Shown here: in pieces, positions 11,583-22,709 of the stretch
Layout: each line of letters starts with the position of its first letter
Numbering within the stretch: position 1 is the stretch's first letter
Source: Candidatus Cloacimonadales bacterium
GTDB taxonomy: Bacteria; Cloacimonadota; Cloacimonadia; Cloacimonadales; DAONDQ01
Reading direction: 5' to 3'
NCBI GenBank assembly: GCA_963662275.1
Contig: OY759316.1
Location: 1,312,001 to 1,376,000 of the forward strand
Length of the DNA stretch: 64,000 nt
Translations under genes and position numbers: made by a program
Notes under the pieces: generated by a model
Database searches by the model: none
Told to the model about the DNA's origin: nothing
Seen by the model: only the letters and a program-made list of their open reading frames with translations

Positions 11583-12197
11583 ATGTTGAACAAATCTACT
11601 CTAGCAAGTCTATTGCTTCTACTGGTTATCCTGTTCCTTTGTGCCTGTGCCGGTAATACACGTACCGTACAAAGAACAGCAACCGATACTACAGTTGACC
11701 TTAGCGGTCGGTGGAATGATGTGGATTCTCGTTTAGTGGCTGAAGAAATGGTGAAAGATGTGACAATACGTCCCTGGTTAACAGATTTCGTAGCTAAAAA
11801 AGGTGCAAAGCCTGTGGTGATTGTAGGTACGATCAGGAATCTTTCAGAAGAGCATATTGAGACCGGAGCTTTCCAGAGCGATATTGAACGTGAATTGATT
11901 AATGGCGGGAATGTGAAGTTTGTGGCAAGTAAAGGAGATCGTGGAGAAGTTCGTTCCGAGAAAACGGATCAGCAATCCAATGCCTCAGAAGAAACCGCCA
12001 AGCGTCTTGCCCAGGAAGTGGGAGCAGATTTCATGTTGCAGGGATCAATTAAGACGATCACAGATGCTGTCGAAGGCAAACAGGTCAAATTTTACCAGGT
12101 AGATCTGCAACTCATCAACGTTGAATCCAGTGAAAAAGTATGGCTGGGAACGAAGAAGATCAAGAAGGTCATTACTCAATCCAATAAAAAGTGGTAA
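11583..12197 (+). CDS. LpoB-like lipoprotein (penicillin-binding protein activator LpoB/COG3417 family)
   Basis: Lipobox-like LCAC; DLSGRWNDVD...VGTIRNLSEEHI...GADFML.GSI...FYQVDLQLIN.ES.EKVW; GAGGAGG RBS. Confidence 0.75.
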   Translation: MLNKSTLASLLLLLVILFLCACAGNTRTVQRTATDTTVDLSGRWNDVDSRLVAEEMVKDVTIRPWLTDFVAKKGAKPVVIVGTIRNLSEEHIETGAFQSDIERELINGGNVKFVASKGDRGEVRSEKTDQQSNASEETAKRLAQEVGADFMLQGSIKTITDAVEGKQVKFYQVDLQLINVESSEKVWLGTKKIKKVITQSNKKW

Positions 12198-12270
12198 AAA
12201 GTCGATTTACGATTTCCAGATTTGAACTGACTCTAGAGTCTTCATAATAACGTCTCATGGGAGGATTTTC

Positions 12271-13656
12271 ATGCAGTTGAAACAGCGTCACATTGTCATT
12301 ATCTTCTTCATTATCATCAGTATGGGATTGGTTGGTTGTGCAAACATGATGACTTCAACTTCTCAATATAAAGGGACAGATCAGAAGCTTTCTTCTCAGG
12401 ATTATAATGCTGCAATCAGTCAAATTGAAGCAGCTAAGGATAAGCAATATAAGCAGAAGGACAGAGTTCTCTATTATCTTGATTTGGGAATGCTGTATCA
12501 TTATGCGCATCAATATGAAAAAAGCAATGAGTTATTGACCCTGGCAGAAAATGATATGCAGGATCTATATACGAAAAGCATATCAAAAGCAGCCCTATCT
12601 CTCTTACTGAACGATAATGCCATGGATTATTTTGGAGAGGATTATGAGGACATTTATGTCAATGTATTCAAGGCATTAAATTATCTTGAACTTGATAAAT
12701 ATGACGATTCGTTCGTAGAAATACGTCGGATTAATTTGAAGCTGGGTATGTTAGAGGATAAATATCAGAAATATGCTACAGAAATGAATAAATCATCTGA
12801 TAAGAAGTCCGAATTCAAGACGGGGCAGATCAAGTTCAATAATGATGCACTCGGTAGATATTTAAGTATGCTTCTCTATCGAACCGAAGGAAAACTGGAT
12901 GATGCGAGAATAGATTATGGTAAAATTCAGGATGCATTTGAATTGCAAAAGAATATCTATAATTTCCAGCAGCCTGATCTTTCCCAGGAATTAAGTAGTA
13001 CTAACGGACTCGTGAAAGTGGATGTTTTAAGTTTTGTTGGTAAGTCACCCAAAAAAGAAAAGTATGATCTATATATCACTACTCATAAAGATTATGTAAC
13101 GATTACCGGTGTAACGCGACCTGAATTCTTCCAGGCTTCTATTGCTATTCCAGTGGAAGAGGGATATCATTTTAAGTTTTCAGTACCCTATATATCACCA
13201 AATATATCAGTGATCGGTAAAGTAAAAATTGTTGTTGATGAGGGTGAATCCTTTGAACTGGCTAAGCTCGAAGATATTAACAATGTAGCTACAGAGACTT
13301 TCAAAGTGAAAGAACCTTTGATTTATCTGAAGAGTCTCACGCGTTCTGTTGTCAAAGGTGTAATAGCTGAGAAACAGAAAGCAAAGATGGAAGCCAATAA
13401 TCCTGGGATAAAAGGGAAATTGTTGAGTTTAGCCACCGATGTCGGTGTTGATTTAACAGAAAATGCTGATGTCAGAATTTCACGTTTCTTTCCTGGTAAA
13501 GCACTTATCGGAGAGTTGAACCTGACTCCCGGTAAACATATATTCAAAGTGAATTACTACGATCTGAACGGAGTTGTTCTTTATACTGAAAACCTGGGAG
13601 AGAAAGATATCCAGCCTAATGGATTGAATTTAATTGAAACCGTTTATCTGCGGTGA
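12271..13656 (+). CDS. COG3014-family TPR lipoprotein
   Basis: Lipobox LVGC; LYYLDLGML..; Y.GEDYE..YVN.FKALNYL...VEIRR; ENADVR. Typical neighbour of LpoB-like genes. Confidence 0.7.
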   Translation: MQLKQRHIVIIFFIIISMGLVGCANMMTSTSQYKGTDQKLSSQDYNAAISQIEAAKDKQYKQKDRVLYYLDLGMLYHYAHQYEKSNELLTLAENDMQDLYTKSISKAALSLLLNDNAMDYFGEDYEDIYVNVFKALNYLELDKYDDSFVEIRRINLKLGMLEDKYQKYATEMNKSSDKKSEFKTGQIKFNNDALGRYLSMLLYRTEGKLDDARIDYGKIQDAFELQKNIYNFQQPDLSQELSSTNGLVKVDVLSFVGKSPKKEKYDLYITTHKDYVTITGVTRPEFFQASIAIPVEEGYHFKFSVPYISPNISVIGKVKIVVDEGESFELAKLEDINNVATETFKVKEPLIYLKSLTRSVVKGVIAEKQKAKMEANNPGIKGKLLSLATDVGVDLTENADVRISRFFPGKALIGELNLTPGKHIFKVNYYDLNGVVLYTENLGEKDIQPNGLNLIETVYLR

Positions 13657-13664
13657 GGTGAATT

Positions 13665-14690
13665 ATGAAAAAAATACTGATTATCCTATTGATTTTATTA
13701 GCTCTTTCTGTTATCTGCCTGGCAAAGAAAAGCAATGTTATGCAAAAACCAGCTTGGGTAGATGATCCTAAATCTGAGTATCCTGAGACTGTTTATCTTT
13801 CTTCAGTCGGTTCAGGATCGGGACGCCAGGAAGCACAAAACACAGCGATGGGAAATCTTGCCCGTATCTTTGAAGCGAATGTTAAATCGACAAGTGAGTA
13901 TAATGAAAGATACAAGGAACTGATAACAGATCAGAAGTGTTCATCCGAATCAGCCACAGAACTCAATAAAAGTACGACAGTCAGTGCTGATCAGAAACTT
14001 TTGAATATGGAAATAGGACCTTCCTGGACTGATGATCTTGGTCAGGTCTATACCATTGCTTACATCAATCGGCAAAAGACAGCCGATATTTATTCTCAAA
14101 AAATCGATGAAAATGATAAACGCATCAAGTATTTTATGGATCAGCAACTTCTTACAAAAGATCCTAAAAGCATCTATGCTAATTTAAGCGCAGCAGCAGT
14201 GATTGGAGAGGCTAACCAAATCCTTTTAGATCAGCTTGCGATCATTTCTCCGGATGATAGAGAAATGACGAAGCTTAGTTATGGTTGTCCTGTCATTATG
14301 AAAAGCTTATCTGATGCTGCAAGTCTGATTCATTTCAATGTAAATATAGAAAATGATGATAGAAATAAAATCACGGCTCAGTTTACAAGCTTGCTCAGTG
14401 ATATGGGATTCGGTTTAAATCCTGAGAATGCTATTCAAATCAACGGTAATGTACTATTTGAGGAGGTTGATCTGCAAGCTTCCCAGAAATTCATACGTTA
14501 TACCTTGAATGTCGATGTGAAAGATGCGAACGGAATCTCACTCTTTACAATGACCGATATAGGAAGAGAAGGACATATTAATTACCCGGAAGCACGCGCA
14601 AGGGCTGTAAGAACGATAACAGGAAAGATTCAGAATGACTTCAAAAAAAGATTGGTAGGTTATTTTGATGGTCTTGTTCAAAAAAAATAG
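13665..14690 (+). CDS. LPP20-family exported protein
   Basis: Signal peptide; KPAWV...YLSSVGSG...A...AMGNLARIF.A.V motif typical of LPP20-like proteins. Confidence 0.65.
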   Translation: MKKILIILLILLALSVICLAKKSNVMQKPAWVDDPKSEYPETVYLSSVGSGSGRQEAQNTAMGNLARIFEANVKSTSEYNERYKELITDQKCSSESATELNKSTTVSADQKLLNMEIGPSWTDDLGQVYTIAYINRQKTADIYSQKIDENDKRIKYFMDQQLLTKDPKSIYANLSAAAVIGEANQILLDQLAIISPDDREMTKLSYGCPVIMKSLSDAASLIHFNVNIENDDRNKITAQFTSLLSDMGFGLNPENAIQINGNVLFEEVDLQASQKFIRYTLNVDVKDANGISLFTMTDIGREGHINYPEARARAVRTITGKIQNDFKKRLVGYFDGLVQKK

Positions 14691-14805
14691 TGTTACTACA
14701 GCATTCTATTTTTTACAGCTTTTATGAATAGATTTATGTGTGCATTTAGTAAGATAGAAATATACTTTAGTATAAGAAACTAACCACTAACGTCAAGAGG
14801 GAAAA

Positions 14806-16830
14806 ATGGCTGACTATTTTCTTGAAACTCATCACCATGAATGGATATTAACCAATACAAAAGGTGGCTATGCACTTGGAACTGGCAATTTGGTAAACCA
14901 GAGAAAGTATCACGGATTACTGATAGCAAGTGATTACAATTTCCAGCGAAGACATTTGGTCTCAGGGATCGAAGAATTGGTTGAATGGCGGGGTGATTCA
15001 TTCTACTTGGATAGCAATAACTACAGTAATTGCATCTTTCCAGAAGGTTTCCTGCATCTTGTCAAATCCTGGCTAAGACCATATCCGGTCTTTTTGTATT
15101 CATCTTTACCGCATAATGATGATATCCTGGTTCGTAAGGAAATCATGATGAGTGAGAAATCCAATACAGTCATGATTAAATATACGAATCTGGGCAGTCA
15201 TAAATTGCATCTTTGCTTGCGTCCGAAATTCACGATGTGTAATCATCATCAAATTAACTCACCCGGAACCTTACAGGTTGATGACTTTGAGCATAATTCT
15301 CTTCCAGCATTGCGGGGTACACATTTTAAAACATTACGAAGATCTAACTTCATCGAAGTCTATGGAGCAATTTCTCAGGGTGAAGTGACGCAGAATACCG
15401 TTCATTATCGTAATGTATTCTATCCCTGGGAAGTGATGTCAGGTTATGCCGGTGAAGGTGATCAGATTGCATTTTGGGAAATAGGTTTTGATTTGGGAGT
15501 AAATGAAACGAATTATATTCTTTTCTCTGATGAACCGATCACTGATCTGACAAATACTATTAAATCAATCCGTAATCGATATCTGACGCTTCCCCTACCG
15601 ATAGACTATCCTGAGAAATCCCTAGAGGGACTTTTGATGGATCAGCTTGATTATTATGATAACCAGATGTTCGATTATGATCAGTATATGAAAGTGTTGA
15701 AGTTTACTTTAAGTGATTTTCTAGTGAATGATGACATCGTTGCTGGATATCCCTGGTTTGGAGCTTGGGGTCGAGATACGATGGTTACGATCAACGCATT
15801 TCTTCACTCACCTGATATGATCGACTTTTGTGAACAGATTCTCATAAAGTACAGCCAGCATATCCAGGATGGCAGAATTCCTAATATGTTCCCGGAATCA
15901 GGTTTGGAAGGAAATTACGATTCAATCGATGCCACATTTTGGTATGTTATTCTCTTAAACAAACTTGGTAAATATAAAAAGAACGATGAATTGTGGAAAA
16001 AACTGATTCAAATAGCTGAAGAAATATTCACTGGAATTATGAATCATACAGGAGAACTATTTGTGATTCGAACTGATGGCTTAATATCCTTGAATCATAA
16101 TTTTGCTTATGCAACCTGGATGGATGCTCGTAAGAATAATATCTGCATTACTCCTCGTGATGGGGCACCTGTGGAAATCAATGCTTTATGGTATAATGCA
16201 ATTTGCAGTTATGAGGAAATGTTAAACGTTCATAATCAAACTTCAAAGAAAAAGCACAAAGCTCTTCCAGGCTTACTAGAAATTCGTGATAAAATCCCAA
16301 CTTCTTTCCAAAAATTCTGGGTTGAGGATTATCTGGCTGATCGTCTGATTGGAGATGAACCAATACTGGAATTCAGACCGAATTCCTTAATTGCAGTTGC
16401 ATTACCAAAAATGCTAATCACTCAGAAGCAGGCACAACAGCTATTTGAAAAAGCAAAAAATGAATTGTATACTCCTTATGGAATCCGTACTTTAACTCCG
16501 AAAGATTTCAGGTTTCATAAAAAATACTACGGAAATCAAACTGAACGCGATCTGGCATATCATCAAGGGTCAGTATGGGCTTGGTTGCTTGGACCTTATT
16601 GCGGTGTCTATCTGAAAGCTTACAAAAGTATTAAATCAGATGCAGAGATGAAATTAGAAATCAATTCTATGATTGCAACCTTTAGAACGAGTTTCATGAA
16701 AGGACATATTGCATCCATTGCTGAAGTATGGGATGGTGAAGCACCTCATTTTCCTAAAGGTGCTCCAGCCCAGGCATGGAGTGTTGCTGCCCTGTACAAT
16801 ATAGAAACGTATCTCCAGACATTGGAGTAA
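14806..16830 (+). CDS. Amylo-alpha-1,6-glucosidase / glycogen debranching enzyme (GH133-like)
   Basis: EWILTN.KGGYA..RKYHGLL; VAGYPWFGAWGRDT; TWMDA...TPRDG.PVEINALWYNA; YHQGSVW.WLLG; QAWSVA. Confidence 0.92.
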   Translation: MADYFLETHHHEWILTNTKGGYALGTGNLVNQRKYHGLLIASDYNFQRRHLVSGIEELVEWRGDSFYLDSNNYSNCIFPEGFLHLVKSWLRPYPVFLYSSLPHNDDILVRKEIMMSEKSNTVMIKYTNLGSHKLHLCLRPKFTMCNHHQINSPGTLQVDDFEHNSLPALRGTHFKTLRRSNFIEVYGAISQGEVTQNTVHYRNVFYPWEVMSGYAGEGDQIAFWEIGFDLGVNETNYILFSDEPITDLTNTIKSIRNRYLTLPLPIDYPEKSLEGLLMDQLDYYDNQMFDYDQYMKVLKFTLSDFLVNDDIVAGYPWFGAWGRDTMVTINAFLHSPDMIDFCEQILIKYSQHIQDGRIPNMFPESGLEGNYDSIDATFWYVILLNKLGKYKKNDELWKKLIQIAEEIFTGIMNHTGELFVIRTDGLISLNHNFAYATWMDARKNNICITPRDGAPVEINALWYNAICSYEEMLNVHNQTSKKKHKALPGLLEIRDKIPTSFQKFWVEDYLADRLIGDEPILEFRPNSLIAVALPKMLITQKQAQQLFEKAKNELYTPYGIRTLTPKDFRFHKKYYGNQTERDLAYHQGSVWAWLLGPYCGVYLKAYKSIKSDAEMKLEINSMIATFRTSFMKGHIASIAEVWDGEAPHFPKGAPAQAWSVAALYNIETYLQTLE

Positions 16831-16838
16831 GAGGAAAA

Positions 16839-18155
16839 ATGAAAATATTAATGTTCACATGGGAATTTCCGCCACTAATCTCTGGCGGTATGGGAATGGC
16901 ATGTTATGGTATGATAAAATCCCTTCTGAAATTGGGTGTGGAAGTTGATCTTGTTCTTCCAACAAAGGAATTGGTTTATTTTCCTTTAGTTCAAGTTGAA
17001 GATGTCGATCTTCTACCTGTAGTTTACATTGACCCGGTTAGGCAAAAGGAATTTTCACAGATTCAATTTGTCACAATCCAGGAAAAAATGGAATACATGG
17101 GTATGACTGTTCATCCGGAAACCTATCTCCAAATGGCAGAGATCCAGAATTTCCGTGCAATGAAAACCTTCACTACTGAAGAGCATATTGAGACTGTGGA
17201 AAAGGAGAAAGTGTGGCAAGATGTAGCACTGCATTTAATTGGAGATGAAGACCTTTTTCAGAAAGTACAAGAATTTACCTTTAGAGCAGAAAAGATCGCG
17301 AAAGCACTTAAATATGATGTGATTCACTGTCACGACTGGTTGACCTATCCTGCAGGTATGATTGCCAAAAATATTAGTGAAAAACCTCTTGTTGTTCATA
17401 TTCATGCAACCGAATTCGATCGTTCCGGAGGTACCGGAGATGAACGTATTCATAAAATTGAACATGCAGGTATGCTATATGCTGATCGGGTGATAGCAGT
17501 ATCAAAATATACTTCCCAGATGATCATGTCTCGTTATCGCGTCGATACATTGAAGATACGTATCATACATAATGCTTATACCATAGATGATGAAGTTGAC
17601 TACAAGCGGAGGAGATTATTCACAGGACCTACAATCCTGTTCCTGGGACGTATAACATTGCAAAAGGGTCCAGATTATTTTCTCGAGGTGGCGGAACGAG
17701 TTTTACAATCACATCCCGAAGCCAGGTTCATTATGGCTGGTTCAGGTGATATGGCGCGTAAGATGCTCCGTAAATCTGCATCCATGCGCTTAAAGAACAG
17801 ATTTCTTTTTGCTGGTTTCCTGAATCGTGAACAAGTAGAAAAGATACTGAGCGCTTCAGATATCTATATGTTACCCTCTGTATCAGAACCTTTTGGTATT
17901 GCTCCCCTGGAAGCAATGGCTTATGAAGTGACAGCCATTATCTCCAGGCAAGCAGGTGTTGCTGAAGTAGTGAATAACGCCTTTAAAATAGATTTTTGGG
18001 ATATTGACCGCATGACAGAAACTCTTAATTATCTATTGGATAATCCCGATGTTTGTGAAGAGATGGGACGAAAGGGTAAAATCGAAGTACATCAGATCGA
18101 ATGGGATGCAGCAGCCGTGAAAATCAATAAAGTGTATTCGGAATTAGTAAAATAA
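16839..18155 (+). CDS. GT4-family glycosyltransferase (glycogen-synthase-like)
   Basis: MKILMFTWEFPP..SGG.G; HCHDWLT; HATEFDRSG; SVSEPFGIAPLEAM. Start moved to ATG 16839 after the GAGG RBS. Confidence 0.9.
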   Translation: MKILMFTWEFPPLISGGMGMACYGMIKSLLKLGVEVDLVLPTKELVYFPLVQVEDVDLLPVVYIDPVRQKEFSQIQFVTIQEKMEYMGMTVHPETYLQMAEIQNFRAMKTFTTEEHIETVEKEKVWQDVALHLIGDEDLFQKVQEFTFRAEKIAKALKYDVIHCHDWLTYPAGMIAKNISEKPLVVHIHATEFDRSGGTGDERIHKIEHAGMLYADRVIAVSKYTSQMIMSRYRVDTLKIRIIHNAYTIDDEVDYKRRRLFTGPTILFLGRITLQKGPDYFLEVAERVLQSHPEARFIMAGSGDMARKMLRKSASMRLKNRFLFAGFLNREQVEKILSASDIYMLPSVSEPFGIAPLEAMAYEVTAIISRQAGVAEVVNNAFKIDFWDIDRMTETLNYLLDNPDVCEEMGRKGKIEVHQIEWDAAAVKINKVYSELVK

Positions 18156-18176
18156 CTAAACCATTGGAGTGTTTCA

Positions 18177-19373
18177 ATGCTTAATTTTGTGTTCTATTTC
18201 CAGGTTCATCAGCCTTATCGATTAAGGCATATTAATGTACTTGATATTGGTTCGGGTCAGGATTATTTCAATGATGATCTGAATAAAATGGTGATGAAGA
18301 AAGTTGCTGAAAAATGTTATCTACCAACAAACGCTTTAATGCTGAAACTAATCGAACGCTATTATCCTCATTTTAAGATATCTTATTCCATTACAGGTGT
18401 GGCTATCGAACAGTTTAAAAAGTATACTCCTGAAGTATTGGATTCTTTTAAAAGATTAGCCGAGACAGGATGTGTGGAATTTCTTGGAGAAACATATTTC
18501 CATTCCCTGGCATATCTCTATGATACCAATGAATTCCTGGATCAGGTTAATATGCATCGTGATCTCATGAAATCTGAATTTAATATGGATACGGTAACTT
18601 TCAGAAATACGGAACTGATCTACCAAGATAGGTTATCTGATCTAATCTATGAAGTCGAAGGATATAAAACGATCCTCACTGAAGGTGTGGATCGGATCAT
18701 GAAGTGGAGAAAACCACTTTATGCATATAAGAACTATACGAAAACGCTGAATCTTCTCTGTAAATATTATAAAATGGCTGATGACATAGCTTTTAGGTTT
18801 TCCAACAAAGGCTGGGAAGAATTTCCTCTTACCGTTGATAAATATGTGAATTGGGTAAATCAATTAACCTTAAGTGAAGAGAAAGATAGAAATCTGTTTC
18901 TAAATCTCTTCATGGATTATGAAACTTTTGGTGAGCATCAATGGGCAGAAACCGGGATATTTCAGTTTATGGAAAAACTGCCAGAAATGGTATTGGAACT
19001 CCCACATTTAGGCTTCATCTTCCCCAAACAAGTATCTGAATTTGCAAATTATCAGCAGGAAGCTTTATCTATTCCTGATCCGATTTCCTGGGCAGATGAA
19101 CAACGTGACCTTTCTGCCTGGCTGGAAAATGATATGCAGAAAAATGCCATAGAAACTTTATACGAGTTATTCTTGAAAATCAAACAGAAGGGTGATGAGA
19201 GTTTGTTACGGCAAGCTCGATTATTAAGTACATCTGACCATTTCTATTATATGTGTACAAAATACTTCCAGGATGGAGATGTACACAAGTATTTCTCACC
19301 CTATGATTCCCCTGATCAGGCATATATTTATTTCGTCAATGCCTTGGCGGATTTGGAAGAAAGGCTCAAATAG
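18177..19373 (+). CDS. Glycoside hydrolase family 57 (alpha-amylase-like)
   Basis: YFQVHQP; ETYFHSL; FRNTEL; FMDYETFGEHQW; STSDHFYYM. Confidence 0.92.
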   Translation: MLNFVFYFQVHQPYRLRHINVLDIGSGQDYFNDDLNKMVMKKVAEKCYLPTNALMLKLIERYYPHFKISYSITGVAIEQFKKYTPEVLDSFKRLAETGCVEFLGETYFHSLAYLYDTNEFLDQVNMHRDLMKSEFNMDTVTFRNTELIYQDRLSDLIYEVEGYKTILTEGVDRIMKWRKPLYAYKNYTKTLNLLCKYYKMADDIAFRFSNKGWEEFPLTVDKYVNWVNQLTLSEEKDRNLFLNLFMDYETFGEHQWAETGIFQFMEKLPEMVLELPHLGFIFPKQVSEFANYQQEALSIPDPISWADEQRDLSAWLENDMQKNAIETLYELFLKIKQKGDESLLRQARLLSTSDHFYYMCTKYFQDGDVHKYFSPYDSPDQAYIYFVNALADLEERLK

Positions 19374-20810
19374 ATGCAAAGAAACTCGCATGCAAGAGTC
19401 ATGATCCTGGAAGACGATCGTTATCTATCTGCTCAATTAAGACAGATCATTGAAAGTAACGGTTATATGGTTAAAGTCTACTTTGAAAGTGAAGGATTCA
19501 TCAATGACTATCCGGAGTTTAATCCTGAGGTGATCCTGCTTGATATCAATTTAGCCAATAGTGTTCATGATGGTATCTGGGTAATGAGATACTTGCGTGC
19601 AGAGTATGAAACAACTTCCAAGATCATCGTGATTTCAGGTGAGGCAAGTTCATTACAAGTGAATGAAATTCGCAGACTTGGTGCATATACTTTTATGGAG
19701 AAAGGGGCAAATTTTAACTTAAATCAATTACTCTTGAATGTAGAGAATGGGGTTCAACTTAGGGGAAAGGAAAATGAAAACCTGAATCTACAATTCGAAA
19801 ATCTGAATCTGAAGAAACAGCTCATTAAACGTTATCCTTTCATCGGTGAATGTGACCTGATTCAAGAGGCTCGTGAAAAGATGGAGAAATTTGCCAAAGC
19901 GGATGAAGATATTCTCATTTTTGGAGAAACAGGTACGGGAAAGGAAATAGCAGCTCATTATTATTATCAGAATTCACCAAGGTTTGCAAAAACATTCCAT
20001 ACAGTGAACTGCAGTGCTTTGACTGAAACGCTGATCGAATCTGAATTATTCGGACATGTGAAAGGATCGTTTACCGGTGCTGATCGTAACAAGATAGGCT
20101 TTTTTGAAAGATGTGATAATGGAATTCTATTTCTGGATGAAATTAGCAATTTGAGCGTACTTTCCCAATCCAAAATCTTACGTGCGATTGAGTATAATGA
20201 AATCCAAGTCGTAGGCGGACCAACCAGGAAAGTAGATACAAGACTAATCTTTGCCTCTAACCAAAAGCTTGAAACAATGATTAGTGAAGGAAATTTCAGA
20301 CAGGATCTATACTACAGGGTTGAGGGGAATGTCATCAATTTACCTGCTCTTCGTGATAGGGGAGATGATGTAATTGTATTAATGCAATTCTTCATTGATA
20401 TGTATGCCCAAAAATATCCGATTCCAATTCGGCTAGATCTTCATGCAATAAAAAATGAATTACTGAAATACCCGTGGCCTGGTAATATCAGAGAATTGAG
20501 AAACTTCTGCAAGCATATTATGATTAATGAAAACCAATTAGACAATAAGATCATAGCAAAATACCTGGTATTAAAAAATCTTAACTACCGTGCCAGTTCA
20601 ACAGACCAATTTCAAAAGTATCTGGATATGGAAACAATCAGGGATGGTGTTGCAGCATTTGAAAAAGATTACCTGATTTATCATCTGCAACGTAACGAAT
20701 GGAAGATCAATGAGACTGCCTCCAGTGTTGGTCTTGAAAGAACGACACTCTATAAAAAAATGAAGCAGTATCAGATATCAAAAGAAGATTCCAGTAACCT
20801 ATACAAATGA
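19374..20810 (+). CDS. NtrC-family sigma54-dependent response regulator (REC-AAA+-Fis HTH)
   Basis: LEDD..ILLDI receiver; GETGTGKE; ESELFGH.KGSFTGA; LFLDEI; WPGNIREL; C-terminal HTH. Confidence 0.92.
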   Translation: MQRNSHARVMILEDDRYLSAQLRQIIESNGYMVKVYFESEGFINDYPEFNPEVILLDINLANSVHDGIWVMRYLRAEYETTSKIIVISGEASSLQVNEIRRLGAYTFMEKGANFNLNQLLLNVENGVQLRGKENENLNLQFENLNLKKQLIKRYPFIGECDLIQEAREKMEKFAKADEDILIFGETGTGKEIAAHYYYQNSPRFAKTFHTVNCSALTETLIESELFGHVKGSFTGADRNKIGFFERCDNGILFLDEISNLSVLSQSKILRAIEYNEIQVVGGPTRKVDTRLIFASNQKLETMISEGNFRQDLYYRVEGNVINLPALRDRGDDVIVLMQFFIDMYAQKYPIPIRLDLHAIKNELLKYPWPGNIRELRNFCKHIMINENQLDNKIIAKYLVLKNLNYRASSTDQFQKYLDMETIRDGVAAFEKDYLIYHLQRNEWKINETASSVGLERTTLYKKMKQYQISKEDSSNLYK

Positions 20811-21697
20811 AAAACAATCTAACACTCAAGATACTTGCGGTTATCCTGACGATTTTTATTTGGATTCAAGCGATGTTACTTAAGCATCAGAGTACGGATA
20901 TCAATCTTCCTGTCAAATTAACGAATGTTCCTGAACAGATAGCTTTCAAACATCCCATCATTCAATCTGTACGCTTTCATGTTGCGGGTAGGGGAATCGA
21001 TATTCTTTTGTTAAAACTTTCTCACACCTACTTGGAAATAGATGCACAAGATCTCAAATCCAAAAATAATATTATTCCTTTGAACAAATACAAGATCAAT
21101 CTCCCAAGATATATCTCTCTTACTGAGATAAGACCTGTTAGCAATGATCTTATCCAATTTGAAACGGATATTCTAGCAAAGAAAACGGTTCCTATCGTTC
21201 TTCAATTTTCATCTTTGGAAGTGGAAAATAAGTTTAGGCAAATTTCTTTAGAGCAGAATACCAGTTTTGCTGAAATATCTGGTCCACAAAGCAGTATTGA
21301 TAAAATCAGGGAAATACAGACCAAGCCAATATTAATGGATATGCTAACAGGCTCAGCATTCAAAATCGACCTGATCAGTCCTTCTAAATCAGTTGTGCTA
21401 ACCCAGCGTTCGCTTCAGTTATTACCTGGAAAAATGGAGTATACGACTCGAACTATTTCCATGATTCCTATCCAGTCTTCAAATAGCCAAGTCACAATGA
21501 TACCTGCCTGGGTCTCGGTTAAACTCCAGGGAGCAAAATCTGATATTGATCAGGTTATGGTTAGTGATATTCATGCAAGTATTAAAACGGATGGAGTTAA
21601 GAATAATCAAAGGGTTCCCGTAGAGGTTACGCTGACGAAGCCTGTACACCTGGTTGAATTTACTCCTCAAGAAGTTCGAATACAAAAGAATGACTGA
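20807..21697 (+). CDS. YbbR/CdaR-like membrane-anchored protein
   Basis: N-terminal TM (KILAVILTIFIW); repeated beta modules with K.VPI, ISGP.S.I..I, P..V.V.L.G, F.PQEV.I. Confidence 0.7.
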   Translation: MKNNLTLKILAVILTIFIWIQAMLLKHQSTDINLPVKLTNVPEQIAFKHPIIQSVRFHVAGRGIDILLLKLSHTYLEIDAQDLKSKNNIIPLNKYKINLPRYISLTEIRPVSNDLIQFETDILAKKTVPIVLQFSSLEVENKFRQISLEQNTSFAEISGPQSSIDKIREIQTKPILMDMLTGSAFKIDLISPSKSVVLTQRSLQLLPGKMEYTTRTISMIPIQSSNSQVTMIPAWVSVKLQGAKSDIDQVMVSDIHASIKTDGVKNNQRVPVEVTLTKPVHLVEFTPQEVRIQKND

Positions 21698-22709
21698 TCC
21701 AATCAAGATTTTAGCAATTGAAACATCCTGTGATGATACTTCTATTGCCATCGTAAATACTGATTATAAAGTCTATGTTAATTTGGTTTCTTCTCAAGTG
21801 GAACATAATCTCTATGGTGGGGTGGTTCCTGAACTAGCATCTAGGCTGCATATGAAAAATGTAATGACCTTGACTCAGTCTGCATTAATCAAATCCGGCT
21901 GTACTTTCCAAGATATCTCTGCGATTGCTGTTTCTGTGAATCCAGGGCTGATTGGGAGCTTGTTAGTTGGTCTATCTTTTGCCAAGAGTCTTGCTTATTC
22001 ATTAGGAATCCCTTTGATAACAGTGAATCACATGCTGGGTCATGTCTTTGCTGCTAAATTGGAAAATCCTCACTTAAAACCTCCTTATCTTGCATTAGTT
22101 GTCTCCGGTGGACATACTGAACTGGTTCATTTCACTACAGAAGCCGATTTTAAAATCATTAGTAAAACAAAGGACGATGCAGCCGGAGAAGCTTTTGATA
22201 AGGCAGCGAAACTCTTAAGGTTAGGTTATCCCGGTGGACCTGTAATTGATAAACTATCCTTAACCGGTGATCCTGATTTTATTCGGTTCCCTCGAGGATT
22301 AAATCAGAAAAAAGATTATAATTTTAGTTTTAGTGGTTTGAAAACTTCAATCATGACCTACATTTCGAAGCAGGAGTTAAGTTTTATAGATCAACATAAA
22401 GCTGATATAGCAGCTTCGGTTCAAATGGCAATCATCGATGTCCTGGTCAGGAAAACCATTGGCTATGCCAGGGAATCAGGACTAAAACAAATCATAGTTG
22501 TGGGTGGTGTATCTGCAAACACGACGCTGCGTAGGCTAATGTCTCAACATGCTGATAGATTTCATATTCGTACAGTCTATCCTCGTTTTGAATATTGTAT
22601 GGATAATGCAGCAATGATAGCGGCTGCTGCTGTTGGAAAATGGGAGAGAAATGAATTTGCAGATTTAACTGCAAATGCCTTTTCAACAAAAGGACTTCGG
22701 TATTTATAA
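21690..22709 (+). CDS. tsaD: tRNA threonylcarbamoyladenosine transferase subunit TsaD
   Basis: ILAIETSCDDT; GGVVPELASR.H; VNHMLGH; VSGGHT; DDAAGEAFDK; FSFSGLKT; DNAAMI. Confidence 0.96.
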   Translation: MTDPIKILAIETSCDDTSIAIVNTDYKVYVNLVSSQVEHNLYGGVVPELASRLHMKNVMTLTQSALIKSGCTFQDISAIAVSVNPGLIGSLLVGLSFAKSLAYSLGIPLITVNHMLGHVFAAKLENPHLKPPYLALVVSGGHTELVHFTTEADFKIISKTKDDAAGEAFDKAAKLLRLGYPGGPVIDKLSLTGDPDFIRFPRGLNQKKDYNFSFSGLKTSIMTYISKQELSFIDQHKADIAASVQMAIIDVLVRKTIGYARESGLKQIIVVGGVSANTTLRRLMSQHADRFHIRTVYPRFEYCMDNAAMIAAAAVGKWERNEFADLTANAFSTKGLRYL

